DNA of 59,250 nt from Minisyncoccota bacterium (GCA_018061825.1 JAGOTK010000003.1:1-59250), one strand, 5' to 3'. Positions 47,793-58,012 are shown, numbered from the stretch's first letter. Notes: a model not told the origin generated them from the sequence alone. Numbers and translations: made by a program.

Positions 47793-49211
47793 TTAGTACT
47801 TTGTACCATCTATATCAAAAGTATAATTTGCAACAATATCATTATTTTTTTTATCTATTGGTTTTAAATATAATGATAATTTTGTATAAATTTTTAATTT
47901 GTATATACCGCCAGCTTCTTTTATGTCATCTTCATATGCCTTTTCTATATCGATTGGAGAAATTTTAAAAACTGAATTATTGATTGAAAAAAGATTTTTA
48001 TTCTCAAAATCTCCAAGAGATATATTAAAACTTGTCATCTCTTTTTCTTTTCCATCATTAACTTGTGATATCTTTATAGAGCCAGTAAAATTCATTGGAT
48101 TAAAAGCATATTTATCTTTAAAACTAGGTTTTATTTCTATAATAAGATAGTCTAGATTTCCACCTAGAGAGCTACTAGTACGAAAACTAAGAACATCGTC
48201 TTTTGTATAATTTCTCTGTTCGTTACTAGTGTCAGATTTATCTTGTTGTTGCTTCGTATCATCTGTATATTTACCATTATCTGACGGCTCAGGATTATTT
48301 ATTTCTTTATCTAAAGGAATATCTTTTACGTCATTAGTATTGTTTTGCTTTTGTGTGACAGTTTGCTTTTGTGTAGCAGTTTGCTTTTGTGTAGCAGTCG
48401 ATTTAGGTGAAGAATCTGATCCTATGACATCCTGTATAGTAGCAAATACCATATTTAATAATAAAGGTGCCATAATTGAAACACCTATTCCAATAAGCAT
48501 CCATGTTGCAAATTTTTTAGCTTTTGCCAACTCCTCTGGATTACCTTCTGCTTTTACAAATCTAAATCCAGAATATATTACACCCATAGTAAGTATAGGA
48601 GCTACAATATAAGTAACTAAAAATTTAATTGTCTTTTGTATTACAGATATAAATGTTTGTTGTGGAAATAAATTTACATACTGAGTCGAAGATTGAGCAT
48701 AAGCATGATTAATAAAATTAAAATCATTAAAAGAAAATATCTTCTTTACTATATCTAAAACGTCTTTATTAAATCCAAGTGATACCAAGGCTGCAAATAC
48801 TAAACTAGCAGCTGTCACCATTATTATTATAGCTATCACGCCATTTTTTAATATCTTTTTTAATTTTTCTCTATATTCTGGAACATCTCCATAAAATGCT
48901 AAACCTACACCAGCATAAAGAGTATATCCAACTACAACTAAAATTACTCCGTATATCAATATGTCTCTTATAGGCTTAAGCATCCCAAACATATCTTGTA
49001 TAGTACACTCTTTTCCCACAGATCCATCTTCTGCTAAATGTGCACACTCAGGTACAATCCCTTTTCCGTCAGCATTTATATTTGAAATATCAGGAGCTCC
49101 ATTATTGTCTTGCGCTAAAGCTAGAGAAGACACGAGTGTAGAAAAAGAAATAGTTAAAAATAAAACTATTAAAATTTTCTGTAGGTTTTTTTTATTTAAA
49201 ATGTTTTTCAT
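47793..49211 (-). CDS. Secreted protein with two tandem pilin-like modules, TATQKQ repeat linker and C-terminal globular domain
   Basis: 472 aa. Signal peptide; GIVPECAHLAEDGSVGKEC. Module A ...YAGVGLAFYGDVPEYREKLKKILKNGVIAIII; module B ...YSGFRFVKAEGNPEELAKAKKFATWMLIGIGV. Then TATQKQTATQKQTVTQKQ. Confidence 0.65.
   Translation of the reverse strand: MKNILNKKNLQKILIVLFLTISFSTLVSSLALAQDNNGAPDISNINADGKGIVPECAHLAEDGSVGKECTIQDMFGMLKPIRDILIYGVILVVVGYTLYAGVGLAFYGDVPEYREKLKKILKNGVIAIIIMVTAASLVFAALVSLGFNKDVLDIVKKIFSFNDFNFINHAYAQSSTQYVNLFPQQTFISVIQKTIKFLVTYIVAPILTMGVIYSGFRFVKAEGNPEELAKAKKFATWMLIGIGVSIMAPLLLNMVFATIQDVIGSDSSPKSTATQKQTATQKQTVTQKQNNTNDVKDIPLDKEINNPEPSDNGKYTDDTKQQQDKSDTSNEQRNYTKDDVLSFRTSSSLGGNLDYLIIEIKPSFKDKYAFNPMNFTGSIKISQVNDGKEKEMTSFNISLGDFENKNLFSINNSVFKISPIDIEKAYEDDIKEAGGIYKLKIYTKLSLYLKPIDKKNNDIVANYTFDIDGTKY
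48345..48398 (-). repeat. 3 x 18-nt in-frame tandem repeat
   Basis: ttgcttttgtgtgacagt / ttgcttttgtgtagcagt / ttgcttttgtgtagcagt. Confidence 0.9.
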
Positions 49212-49222
49212 AAAATTTCTTA

Positions 49223-50590
49223 TTATTCTCCATCGTACACAGCTTGAAGATTATCTGTAAATTCTTTACTTGCTTCAACTGTACTTTTTTCACCATTATA
49301 TACTTCTCTTATAGCTTCTCTCATTAAAGATTCTAAATCTTGTCTATGTAAATCATAAAAGGTCTTACTGATTAATGCACTGTTTCCAAATATTTCAGCA
49401 TCCTGACCTCCTGAAGATATCTCTTCAGCAATATTAGCTTTTAATGCTGATACTGCACCTGTGGTAGATACTAAATTTTGACTAAATGGACCTGTAGCTA
49501 AAGCAATCATGATCTGATAAGCCAAACTCGTCTCACTTGCATTTGGACTTGTACGAAGCATGAATATAGTATTTAATTTTCCATATGTAGCTGATATTTT
49601 ACTACCATCAGCTTGAGGTAAATATGTATAATCAAAAGATAATTTTTGATTTGCAGATTTAACATAATAAGATTCACTAGCGTAGCCTATATAAAAAGCA
49701 AGATTACCAGAAATGAATTTAGATAAAGCATCTCCAGATTTAGGATTCCAATTATAAGTATCTTTTTGAGTATCTGAGAAATCTTTAGTAAAAGCTAAAG
49801 CTGAATTTAAAGGAGAATTACCATCATCAGTTATACTTTGGTCAACTAAAATAGTATATTTTGAAATACTGTTGCCATCCGAATCTCTTGCTATTGATTT
49901 TACAACTGGAATCTGACCTTGTTGAAATATCATTGATAAAATAATATCTGTGACATGTGGAATATTGTCATATGTACCAAAAGCTATTGTAGAAAGAGAT
50001 ATATTTTGACTATCATCTTTTTTTGTTATCTTTCTTTCATAAGTATATAAATCTCCCCATGTAGTAGGAGGATATAAAAATCCATTACTTGATAAAATAT
50101 CTTTATTATAATAAAGAACTAAAGGATCTATCGATACTGGTAAGGCTATATATCCGTAAGGAGGATATATAAGTATTGCTGCAGAATCGATAAAAGAATT
50201 TTTGTAAACAGATTCAGGAATGGTCGTTGTATTTATAGGGAAAAGTCTTGATATATTTGCGAGTGCTAAATCTACAGGACCTATTATTAAATCTGGCCCC
50301 ACACCATCTGCTAAAGCTGATGTTAATTTATTATTAAATTGATTGTAAGGAACTTCTGTATATTGCATTGAATAAGTTTTTGCTTCCTTATTAAAAGCAC
50401 TTACAAAATTAGACATACCTTCTTGTGAAAGAGTGCCCCAGACTTTGACTGTACCTGTTAGCTTTTGATTTGAAGATGAAGAATTAAAGAATGGAATCTT
50501 TCCAGAAAATCCAAGTACAGCTATGACAGTAGCAAATAAACCTAATCCAAATAATACACTTTTGAAATTTAAATATTTACTAAAGTCCAT
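49223..50590 (-). CDS. Membrane-anchored extracellular solute-binding protein (family 1, sugar-type), no cognate permease or ATPase in the window
   Basis: 455 aa. N-terminal TM; VKVWGTL...; GVGPDLIIGP; PVSIDPLVLYYNKDIL...PPTTWGDL. Confidence 0.7.
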   Translation of the reverse strand: MDFSKYLNFKSVLFGLGLFATVIAVLGFSGKIPFFNSSSSNQKLTGTVKVWGTLSQEGMSNFVSAFNKEAKTYSMQYTEVPYNQFNNKLTSALADGVGPDLIIGPVDLALANISRLFPINTTTIPESVYKNSFIDSAAILIYPPYGYIALPVSIDPLVLYYNKDILSSNGFLYPPTTWGDLYTYERKITKKDDSQNISLSTIAFGTYDNIPHVTDIILSMIFQQGQIPVVKSIARDSDGNSISKYTILVDQSITDDGNSPLNSALAFTKDFSDTQKDTYNWNPKSGDALSKFISGNLAFYIGYASESYYVKSANQKLSFDYTYLPQADGSKISATYGKLNTIFMLRTSPNASETSLAYQIMIALATGPFSQNLVSTTGAVSALKANIAEEISSGGQDAEIFGNSALISKTFYDLHRQDLESLMREAIREVYNGEKSTVEASKEFTDNLQAVYDGE

Positions 50591-50612
50591 AAATTATACT
50601 CTTAATGATATG

Positions 50613-50621
50613 ATTATATCA
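50613..50621 (-). promoter_or_regulatory. Extended -10 TGATATAAT upstream of the SBP gene
   Basis: 22 nt to the ATG. Confidence 0.5.
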
Positions 50622-50628
50622 TAAAAAT

Positions 50629-51153
50629 CTATCTATACTCCTCAACGATAAAAGCATAATGAAAATTACCCGCAGGAAAATGTTTTTTAATTCTAAAATT
50701 ATTTTTTGCAAGTATTGCTGTAATTTTTTCTTCAGGAACAATTCCAATTCTCTTATTAGACATTGGATGATCTAAATCTTTCCAGTCGATAACAAGAACA
50801 TAGCCATTTGGTTTTAAAATTCTTTTTATTTCTAAAAGGGTCTTGTCTATATCTTTTATTTCTGATAAGACGTTTGAAAGTATCACAACGTCACAAGACA
50901 AACTCTCTATTTGTATTTTGTCTTCTATGTTAGTTAATAATGTATCGATGTTTATTATATTCATTTTCTCAGCTTCACGATTTATTTTTTCTAAAATATC
51001 CCTATGAATATCCACAGCGTAAACTTTTCCTCTATCACCTACTATTTTTGATGTTATAAAAACATATGTACCTGAGCCACATCCAAAATCTGCGACAACA
51101 TCACCTTTTTTAAGTTCTAAACTTTCTACAATTTGTGAAGGAGAAATAAACAT
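50629..51153 (-). CDS. Class I SAM-dependent methyltransferase
   Basis: 174 aa. Motif I VADFGCGSG; Methyltransf_11-like spacing. Confidence 0.75.
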   Translation of the reverse strand: MFISPSQIVESLELKKGDVVADFGCGSGTYVFITSKIVGDRGKVYAVDIHRDILEKINREAEKMNIINIDTLLTNIEDKIQIESLSCDVVILSNVLSEIKDIDKTLLEIKRILKPNGYVLVIDWKDLDHPMSNKRIGIVPEEKITAILAKNNFRIKKHFPAGNFHYAFIVEEYR

Positions 51154-51173
51154 AAATATTTTTATATATAATT

Positions 51174-51182
51174 ATTTTATCA
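51174..51182 (-). promoter_or_regulatory. Extended -10 TGATAAAAT upstream of the methyltransferase
   Basis: 20 nt to the ATG. Confidence 0.4.
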
Positions 51183-51186
51183 CAAT

Positions 51187-51214
51187 AAAAAAGAACTTTT
51201 AAAAAGTTCTTTTT
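51187..51214 (-). terminator. Hairpin terminator after gyrA
   Basis: aaaaagaactt-ttaaa-aagttcttttt. Confidence 0.75.
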
Positions 51215-51222
51215 TATTGCCA

Positions 51223-53715
51223 TTATAATACCGCTAAACTTGCTACTGAATCTCCATCACGAAGCTTCATGATACGCACTCCTTGAGTTGCTCTACCTAA
51301 AGTTGGTATTGTTTTTATTTCTGTTTTTATAACTTGAGAATTTTTAGAAATTGCCAACATTTCAGATTCTTCATCGACAATGACTTTTGCAACTATCAAC
51401 TTACCAGTCTTTGGTGTCACGCTTACAGTTTTTATACCAGAACCGCCTCTTCCTTGAGTCTTGTACTCGTCTAGCTTTGTCATCTTTCCATATCCATTTT
51501 CTGTAGCGACTAAAAGCTTTGCTTTTTTTGCTAAATCTTTTTTAATAACATCACAAGATACTATATGATCTCCTTTATCAAGCTTCATTCCACGCACACC
51601 TCCTGCTTGTCTTCCCATTTCTCTCACATCATCTTCTGAAAATCTTATAGATTGTCCTTCTACGGAAGTTAATATTATATCATCACCTTTTTCTACAAAT
51701 AATGCAGACAATAACACATCTCCTTCATCAAGCTTTATAGAAATAAGTCCAGATCTACGAACATCTTTAAAGTTTTCCGCACTAGACTTTTTAATAGTAC
51801 CGTTACGAGTTATCATAGCGAGCGATAAAGTAGAATTTTTTAATTCTTTAGGCATAGGAAGAATACTTGTAACTTTCTCATCTACAGATACTTGAAGATA
51901 ATTCATAATACTTTTTCCTCTTGTAGCTCTTTTTCCTTCTGGGACTTCGTACATCTTCATTTGATATGCTTTTCCTTTATCAGTAAAGAATAATAAATCA
52001 GAATGTGTATTTGTAGTCAAAGACATTGTGATAAAATCTTCTTCTTTTGTATTTAAATCTATTACACCTACACCACCTCTTTTTTGTGTCTTAAATTCAT
52101 CTGGATCTGTACGCTTCACATATCCACCAGTAGTATATACAAGCATAGCTTCTTTTTCTGCTATCAAATCTTCTGGATTAAATTCTTTCGCTTTATATTT
52201 TACTACTTTTGTCCTTCTGTCATCTCCATATTTTTCTTTTATTTCTAAAAGTTCATCTTTTATAATTTGCAACATTTTCTTTTCACTTGCCAAAATATCA
52301 CGAAGCTCTTTTATTGAATCTTGAAGTGCTTTGAGCTCATCTTCTATTTTTTTTCTTTCAAGACCAGCAAGTCTTTGAAGTTTCATATCAAGAATAGCTT
52401 GAGCTTGAGCTGGTGAAAATTTAAATTGCTTTATAAGTTCATTATTGGCTTCTTCTACTGATTTAGATTTTCTGATCAATTTTATAATCTCATCTATATG
52501 ATCGAGTGCTTTTTTAAGACCTAATAATATATGCTCTCTATCTTCTGCTTTTTTGAGTTCAAATTCTGTTCTTCTTTTTACGACAATTTTCCTATGCTTT
52601 AAAAATTCTTCAAGTGAAGATTTTAGATTTAAAGTCTGAGGAACTCCGTCTACTAATGCTACTAAATTTACATGGAAAGTTTCTTCTAATTGAGTATGTT
52701 TATATAAATAATTTAAAACTTTTTGTGGCTCTATACCTGATTTCAAATCTATAGCAACACGAATATCTTTTGTAGATTCATCTCTTAATCCTTTTATTCC
52801 TTCTATCTTTTTTTCACGTACAAGATCTGCTATTTTTTCTATAAGAGTAGCCTTTACCACTCTATATGGTATTGAAGTTATTATTATTTGATAACTTCCA
52901 TTTTTAAGCTCTACGATATCAGCTTCACCTCTTGTCACAATTCCACCACGACCTGTAGCATATGCGTGCATAATGTCACTTTTTCCATAAATCACTCCAC
53001 CTGTTGGAAAATCTGGACCAGTCACAAGTTCACAAAGATCTTCTGTAGTCGCATCTTTATTTTCAATAAGATGTATAGATGCATTTATAAGCTCAGTTAA
53101 ATTTTGAGGAGGAATATTTGTAGCCATTCCAACAGCAATACCAAGAGTTCCATTTAAAAGAAGGTTTGGAACAGCAGTAGGAAAAACTTCCGGTTCTTTT
53201 TTTGTACCATCAAAATTTGGCTTCATATTGATAGTGTCTTTTTCTATATCACGAAGCATTTCAGAAGAAATCTTAGACATTTTTGCTTCTGTATAACGAT
53301 ACGCAGCTGCTCCATCACCATCTATTGATCCAAAGTTTCCTTGACCCCAAACTAATGGATATCTATAAGAAAATTCTTGTGCCATTTTTACCATTGCATC
53401 ATAAACTGAAGCATCTCCATGAGGATGAAAACTTCCAAGCACATCTCCAACTACAGTAGCAGATTTTCTAAACCTAGCGCTTGATGTCAATCCGTTTTGA
53501 TGCATTGAGTAAAGTATTCTTCTGTGTACAGGTTTTAATCCATCTCTAGCATCTGGAAGTGCACGATCTGTAATAACACTCATAGCATAATTGATATAGC
53601 TCTGCTTCATCTCTTTTGAAATATCAATATCTATAATTCTATGAATTGATTCTTTTATTTCTTCAATTTTATTTTCTTCTTTTCCATCTATATTTTGAGA
53701 GTCTTTTTTAGCCAT
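51223..53715 (-). CDS. gyrA: DNA gyrase subunit A
   Basis: 830 aa. [33 protein letters not shown] active-site Tyr region, C-terminal beta-pinwheel repeats. Confidence 0.95.
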   Translation of the reverse strand: MAKKDSQNIDGKEENKIEEIKESIHRIIDIDISKEMKQSYINYAMSVITDRALPDARDGLKPVHRRILYSMHQNGLTSSARFRKSATVVGDVLGSFHPHGDASVYDAMVKMAQEFSYRYPLVWGQGNFGSIDGDGAAAYRYTEAKMSKISSEMLRDIEKDTINMKPNFDGTKKEPEVFPTAVPNLLLNGTLGIAVGMATNIPPQNLTELINASIHLIENKDATTEDLCELVTGPDFPTGGVIYGKSDIMHAYATGRGGIVTRGEADIVELKNGSYQIIITSIPYRVVKATLIEKIADLVREKKIEGIKGLRDESTKDIRVAIDLKSGIEPQKVLNYLYKHTQLEETFHVNLVALVDGVPQTLNLKSSLEEFLKHRKIVVKRRTEFELKKAEDREHILLGLKKALDHIDEIIKLIRKSKSVEEANNELIKQFKFSPAQAQAILDMKLQRLAGLERKKIEDELKALQDSIKELRDILASEKKMLQIIKDELLEIKEKYGDDRRTKVVKYKAKEFNPEDLIAEKEAMLVYTTGGYVKRTDPDEFKTQKRGGVGVIDLNTKEEDFITMSLTTNTHSDLLFFTDKGKAYQMKMYEVPEGKRATRGKSIMNYLQVSVDEKVTSILPMPKELKNSTLSLAMITRNGTIKKSSAENFKDVRRSGLISIKLDEGDVLLSALFVEKGDDIILTSVEGQSIRFSEDDVREMGRQAGGVRGMKLDKGDHIVSCDVIKKDLAKKAKLLVATENGYGKMTKLDEYKTQGRGGSGIKTVSVTPKTGKLIVAKVIVDEESEMLAISKNSQVIKTEIKTIPTLGRATQGVRIMKLRDGDSVASLAVL

Positions 53716-53738
53716 AAAGTCTTTTAATTATTGCTTTA

Positions 53739-53747
53739 ATTATATCA
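53739..53747 (-). promoter_or_regulatory. Extended -10 TGATATAAT upstream of gyrA
   Basis: 23 nt to the ATG. Confidence 0.5.
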
Positions 53748-53776
53748 TTTTTGATAATTTGACGCAATTAAAAAAT

Positions 53777-54118
53777 TTAATTTTTATTACTTGAAGAAGC
53801 TATTGTGGTTATAACATTCTTTATATTTGAAATTTGCTCTCCAGAATCTTTAAAAAAATTTGACAATGAAGTAAGTGGAGAAACTATATTATTATTTTCA
53901 TTACTGATATCTTTTGTATCTGTAGCATAAGCTATCTCTTCTTTTGTATTTTGACTATTGCTTGGAGAAATATCTAATATACTATCTTTAAAAATAAGAA
54001 ATATTATTAATAAAGTCACAATAGAAAATATAAAAGATAAAAATAAAGCAGATTTATGTTTTGTTTTTTTATCACTTTTCCTTAAATGTTCTAAATAGTC
54101 TTTTATAAAACTAGCCAT
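53777..54118 (-). CDS. Hypothetical single-TM protein
   Basis: 113-aa ORF with one TM (ALFLSFIFSIVTLLIIFLIF). Confidence 0.45.
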   Translation of the reverse strand: MASFIKDYLEHLRKSDKKTKHKSALFLSFIFSIVTLLIIFLIFKDSILDISPSNSQNTKEEIAYATDTKDISNENNNIVSPLTSLSNFFKDSGEQISNIKNVITTIASSSNKN

Positions 54119-54123
54119 AAAAT

Positions 54124-54771
54124 TTATATTTTAAACAATATCACCTCCCCTTGTTTTTCATCTATATCTTTTCTTTTAATTGTAAGCTTTTCTATTTTTT
54201 CAATTTTAGAAATATCTGATCCAGATTCTTTTAGAAATAATTTGAGTGAAGCATCATCATAATCCATTGGTATCACAAGCTTTGGACCAAGCTTTGTAGC
54301 AAGCTTGTTTGCATCATAAGCATTAAGCATATCTTCATTTGAAGATACAGGTACAAATAATATATCAACTTCATCTATAATCTCTTTTTGCTCTGGAGAA
54401 AGATCTTCTTTAAGACATCCAAGAAAACAAATCTTCATCCCATCTACTGTCATAACATAGCTTGTGTTTTGAAGTTTTGTTTTTTCTTTTGATTTAGATT
54501 CAAGTAAAAGATTCACATAAGTACCAAATCCTTTAATAAAAATGTTTTGTACTTCATATTCACCTGGTCCAGAAACTATAAAAGGTTTTTTTTCTCCATA
54601 AGACATTGATTCTCCTCCATTGTAATCTGAAATATTAGTAGTTGTAAAGACAACATCAGCTCCATATTTATTTGTATCCAATTTTGAGTCTTTTGATACT
54701 GGGTTAAAAGATAAAACTAAATCTCCAAGTTGGATTTTAAAATGCTGTTTGTTAAAATGAGTGATAATCAT
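54124..54771 (-). CDS. MBL-fold (UPF0173-like) protein with a degenerate HxHxDH motif
   Basis: 215 aa. Overall pattern MIITHF...ADVVFTTTNISDYNG...PMDY resembles Lactamase_B_3 proteins, but the metal-binding histidines are missing. Confidence 0.4.
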   Translation of the reverse strand: MIITHFNKQHFKIQLGDLVLSFNPVSKDSKLDTNKYGADVVFTTTNISDYNGGESMSYGEKKPFIVSGPGEYEVQNIFIKGFGTYVNLLLESKSKEKTKLQNTSYVMTVDGMKICFLGCLKEDLSPEQKEIIDEVDILFVPVSSNEDMLNAYDANKLATKLGPKLVIPMDYDDASLKLFLKESGSDISKIEKIEKLTIKRKDIDEKQGEVILFKI

Positions 54772-54789
54772 AAATTTAATATTAAAATA

Positions 54790-54798
54790 ATTCTAACA
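54790..54798 (-). promoter_or_regulatory. Extended -10 TGTTAGAAT upstream of the MBL-fold gene
   Basis: 18 nt to the ATG. Confidence 0.4.
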
Positions 54799-54810
54799 TT
54801 TTTGAAGATT

Positions 54811-54847
54811 TTTTAAAAGAAAAACCCTATGCAAAACTGCAAAGGGT
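54811..54847 (-). terminator. Interrupted hairpin plus U-tract
   Basis: accct-a-tgca-aaac-tgca-a-agggt, followed on the minus strand by ttttctttt. Confidence 0.45.
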
Positions 54848-54871
54848 CTTAAAAAATACACAAAAAACAAA

Positions 54872-55399
54872 CTAAAATATATCTTCTCCTACACCTGTAA
54901 ACCAAAGCTCCGAAGGAAAATATCCTGAAGTTTCTCTCACATAACCACTAGAAACGTTGGCACCTTCTATTGTAGGAATTAAGCTAAAATTAAAAGTTAA
55001 GTGAAATAAATCTTTATCTCTAGAATACACAGAAGAATGAGGATAACTTTTAAGAAAAGATTTATCTTTATCTAACACACTTAAATGTATACTAGAAAAA
55101 GGGTCTCCTTTTAATTTATTTATTTTATACAAATCTTTCATTTCTCTTATTAAAATACCTCTGTCATTTTTAAGAGGCAGTCTAACAAAAAATAAATCTA
55201 GCTTAGTACTGATTATACTTGAAGTACAATCTAATGCATTTGGTATGGATATTTCTTTTAAATAATCTAATTTGTTAATTAGATTATTTAAATTGTCTCC
55301 TCTTGGTACATCATTTAATCGTACTGAGAATACATTTTCTCCATAAAACGATAACAGACCTACTGAAGAAGTGATCTGTTTTGTGATTACTCTTTTCAT
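54872..55399 (-). CDS. Hypothetical protein
   Basis: 175-aa ORF with no recognisable motif. Confidence 0.45.
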   Translation of the reverse strand: MKRVITKQITSSVGLLSFYGENVFSVRLNDVPRGDNLNNLINKLDYLKEISIPNALDCTSSIISTKLDLFFVRLPLKNDRGILIREMKDLYKINKLKGDPFSSIHLSVLDKDKSFLKSYPHSSVYSRDKDLFHLTFNFSLIPTIEGANVSSGYVRETSGYFPSELWFTGVGEDIF

Positions 55400-55504
55400 T
55401 GTAAAATAATTTTAATTTTGAATTAATAAGGAACGTTAATGAAATTAAATAATAACATTTAAATAAGAATTAGTCAAATCATAAAAATTTTAAATTTTTA
55501 AAAT

Positions 55505-55537
55505 AAAAAGACCAATATATTTCACATTGGTCTTTTT
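55505..55537 (-). terminator. Hairpin terminator after ftsH
   Basis: aaaaagaccaat-atatttcac-attggtcttttt. Confidence 0.75.
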
Positions 55538-55553
55538 ATAAATAATTTATGAA

Positions 55554-57479
55554 TTATTTCTTTGGCTCTATGCCGTGTAGAATTAAAATCTTTTCAAACT
55601 CTTCTCTTTCTATATTTTCTTTTTCCATCAACTCTTTTGTAATATATTCAAGAATATTTCTTTTTTCTTTAATTATATTTTTAGCAGTAGCTAAACCTTG
55701 CTCACATATCTTCTTAATCTCATCATCTACTCTATCTGCTAAATCATGACCAATAATATTTTTTGAATCAGAAAGACTTCCATAAATTACCTTCTTTTCA
55801 TCACTCTCAATAGCCATTGGACCAACTACTTTACTCATTCCATATTTCATAACCATATCACGAGCCATGCTAGTGATTTGTTGAAGATCCCCTGAAGGTC
55901 CAGTAGATACATCTCCATAAATTTCTACTTCTGCTGCATATCCTCCAAAAGCCATAGCAATATCATCTATAAAATCTTTTGTAGTTAATAGTCTCTTATC
56001 GTCAAGTGGCAACTTCCAAGTAAACCCTCCCCCATTTCCACGAGAGATAATAGAAATTTTGTGTACTGGATCTGCATTTGGAAGAAGTGAAGCAACTAGA
56101 GCATGTCCTGCTTCGTGATAAGCCGTCTTTTCTTTTTCTTTATCAGAAAGTAAGTGAGTTTTTCTTTCAGGGCCGAGCATAACTTTTTCAATACTTCTTA
56201 CAAGATCATATTGAGCAATTGATTTTCTGCCCTCTCTTGCTGCAAGTATCGCTGCCTCATTCATCACAGAAGCAAGATCTGCTCCAGAAAATCCAGGAGT
56301 CCTCTCTGCTATTATTCTTAAATTCACATCTTCTGCAAATGGTTTATTTTTTTTGTGTACATTTAAAATATCTACTCTTGACTCTCTATCTGGAAGATCT
56401 ATCATGACTCTTCTATCAAATCTTCCTGGTCTTAGTAATGCTTTGTCTAATACATCTGGCCTATTTGTAGCAGCTATTACAATTAATTTTTCATTTGGCT
56501 CAAAGCCATCCATTTCTACAAGTATTTGATTCAGGGTTTGCTCTCTTTCATCGTTTCCTCCTCCAAGACCAACTCCTCTTGCTCTACCTACGGCATCTAT
56601 CTCATCAATAAAAATGATTGCAGGACTATTTTCTTTTGCTTCTTTAAATAAATCTCTCACACGAGAAGCTCCCACTCCTACAAACATTTCTACAAATTCA
56701 CTTCCAGATAAATGATAAAAAGGTACACCAGCTTCTCCTGCTACAGCTCTGGCAAGTAAAGTTTTTCCAGTACCAGGAGCACCCATCAAAAGAAGTCCTT
56801 TTGGAATCTTTGCTCCAATATCTAAAAACTTTTTTGGACTCTTCAAAAAATCTACAACTTCTTCCAATTCTTGCTTTGCTTCTTTTGCTCCAGCTACATC
56901 TTTAAATGTGATTTTTTGTTTATCATCATTTGGATCGATCAATTTTGCTCTTGTCTGACCAAAAGAAAGAGCTTGAGTATTTGCACCTTTTACTCCTCGA
57001 AATAGCATCCATATCATTACTCCTAAAAATATAATAGGTAAAAGTAATGGGAATAAATCTGTCCAAAAAGAAAAAGATGAATCATGCTCTACTTTTATAT
57101 TTAAATTATTTATAGTAGAAGTAGATACTCCGTAATTTTGAAGCACATTTAAAAAGCTTTCATTATTTTCTTTCTTTGCAACAAGTATAGTGGTAGAAGA
57201 ATCTTCAAAAGAGACTTTACTTCCAGTAACTAAAATACTTTTTGTAGTAGAAGAATCTTCTAAATTAATTTTCTTCACTATCTCATTCATTGATACGTCT
57301 ATTTCTTTTTTATCACTCTTGTCACTAAAATATTTTGAGACACCTGAGTAGATAGAAACTAAAAGTATAAATAAAATAAAAATATTAAATAGTTGCCAAA
57401 AAATATTTTTTGGTTTTTTATTTTTATTATTACCTTTTCCTTGTGGGATTTTTATCTTTTTAAGCTTAATTTTTATCAT
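55554..57479 (-). CDS. ftsH: ATP-dependent zinc metalloprotease FtsH
   Basis: 641 aa. [30 protein letters not shown]. Confidence 0.95.
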   Translation of the reverse strand: MIKIKLKKIKIPQGKGNNKNKKPKNIFWQLFNIFILFILLVSIYSGVSKYFSDKSDKKEIDVSMNEIVKKINLEDSSTTKSILVTGSKVSFEDSSTTILVAKKENNESFLNVLQNYGVSTSTINNLNIKVEHDSSFSFWTDLFPLLLPIIFLGVMIWMLFRGVKGANTQALSFGQTRAKLIDPNDDKQKITFKDVAGAKEAKQELEEVVDFLKSPKKFLDIGAKIPKGLLLMGAPGTGKTLLARAVAGEAGVPFYHLSGSEFVEMFVGVGASRVRDLFKEAKENSPAIIFIDEIDAVGRARGVGLGGGNDEREQTLNQILVEMDGFEPNEKLIVIAATNRPDVLDKALLRPGRFDRRVMIDLPDRESRVDILNVHKKNKPFAEDVNLRIIAERTPGFSGADLASVMNEAAILAAREGRKSIAQYDLVRSIEKVMLGPERKTHLLSDKEKEKTAYHEAGHALVASLLPNADPVHKISIISRGNGGGFTWKLPLDDKRLLTTKDFIDDIAMAFGGYAAEVEIYGDVSTGPSGDLQQITSMARDMVMKYGMSKVVGPMAIESDEKKVIYGSLSDSKNIIGHDLADRVDDEIKKICEQGLATAKNIIKEKRNILEYITKELMEKENIEREEFEKILILHGIEPKK

Positions 57480-57495
57480 ATTTTGTATTAAAGAA

Positions 57496-57504
57496 ATATT
57501 ATCA
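57496..57504 (-). promoter_or_regulatory. Extended -10 TGATAATAT upstream of ftsH
   Basis: 16 nt to the ATG. Confidence 0.4.
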
Positions 57505-57510
57505 TATTTA

Positions 57511-57519
57511 TGCTAAAAT
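57511..57519 (+). promoter_or_regulatory. Extended -10 TGCTAAAAT upstream of smpB
   Basis: 13 nt to the ATG. Confidence 0.4.
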
Positions 57520-57532
57520 TGAAATAATAATT

Positions 57533-57967
57533 ATGTCTCTAGTGGAAAATAAAAAACTACATCTAAATTATGAGGTTAAAGATAAATTCGAAGCTGGAAT
57601 CGAGCTTATTGGAAATGAAGTAAAAGCAATACGTACATCACAAGCTCAAATAGATGGAGGAAAGATTATCATCCGTGGTGGTGAAGTTTTTATCGTCGGT
57701 ATGAATGTTTCCCCTTATCAGCAAAGTAGTAAAGAAGAAAAAATAAAAAATGACCGTACAAGAAAATTACTTTTAAAGAAATCTGAAATATTAAAATTAG
57801 CGACAGAAAATGAAAAAGGGTTATCCTTAATACCGGTAAAGATTTATGATAGTCACGGAATGATCAAGCTTGAAATAGGAATCTGTAAAAGAAAAAATAA
57901 AGCAGATAAAAGAGAGACTTTAAAATTAAAAGAATTTAAAAGAGAAAAAAAAAGTATCACAAATTAA
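57533..57967 (+). CDS. smpB: SsrA-binding protein
   Basis: 144 aa. NKKLHLNYEVKDKFEAGIELIGNEVKAIR; basic C-terminal tail. Confidence 0.9.
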   Translation: MSLVENKKLHLNYEVKDKFEAGIELIGNEVKAIRTSQAQIDGGKIIIRGGEVFIVGMNVSPYQQSSKEEKIKNDRTRKLLLKKSEILKLATENEKGLSLIPVKIYDSHGMIKLEIGICKRKNKADKRETLKLKEFKREKKSITN

Positions 57968-57992
57968 AACAGCTTTACAAAAGCTGTTTTTT
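57966..57992 (+). terminator. Hairpin terminator after smpB
   Basis: aaaacagcttt-aca-aaagctgtttt then tt. Confidence 0.75.
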
Positions 57993-58012
57993 ATTATAGT
58001 ATACAAAAAGTT

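Noticed and set aside
48345-48398. Possible CRISPR-like repeat array.
   Set aside because: The units are contiguous 18-mers with no spacers, lie in frame inside a long ORF, and encode the TATQKQ repeats. No cas genes are present in the window.
57968-58012. tmRNA (ssrA) next to smpB.
   Set aside because: The gap is only 45 nt and is fully explained by a terminator hairpin. No tRNA-Ala-like acceptor or T-arm sequence is present.
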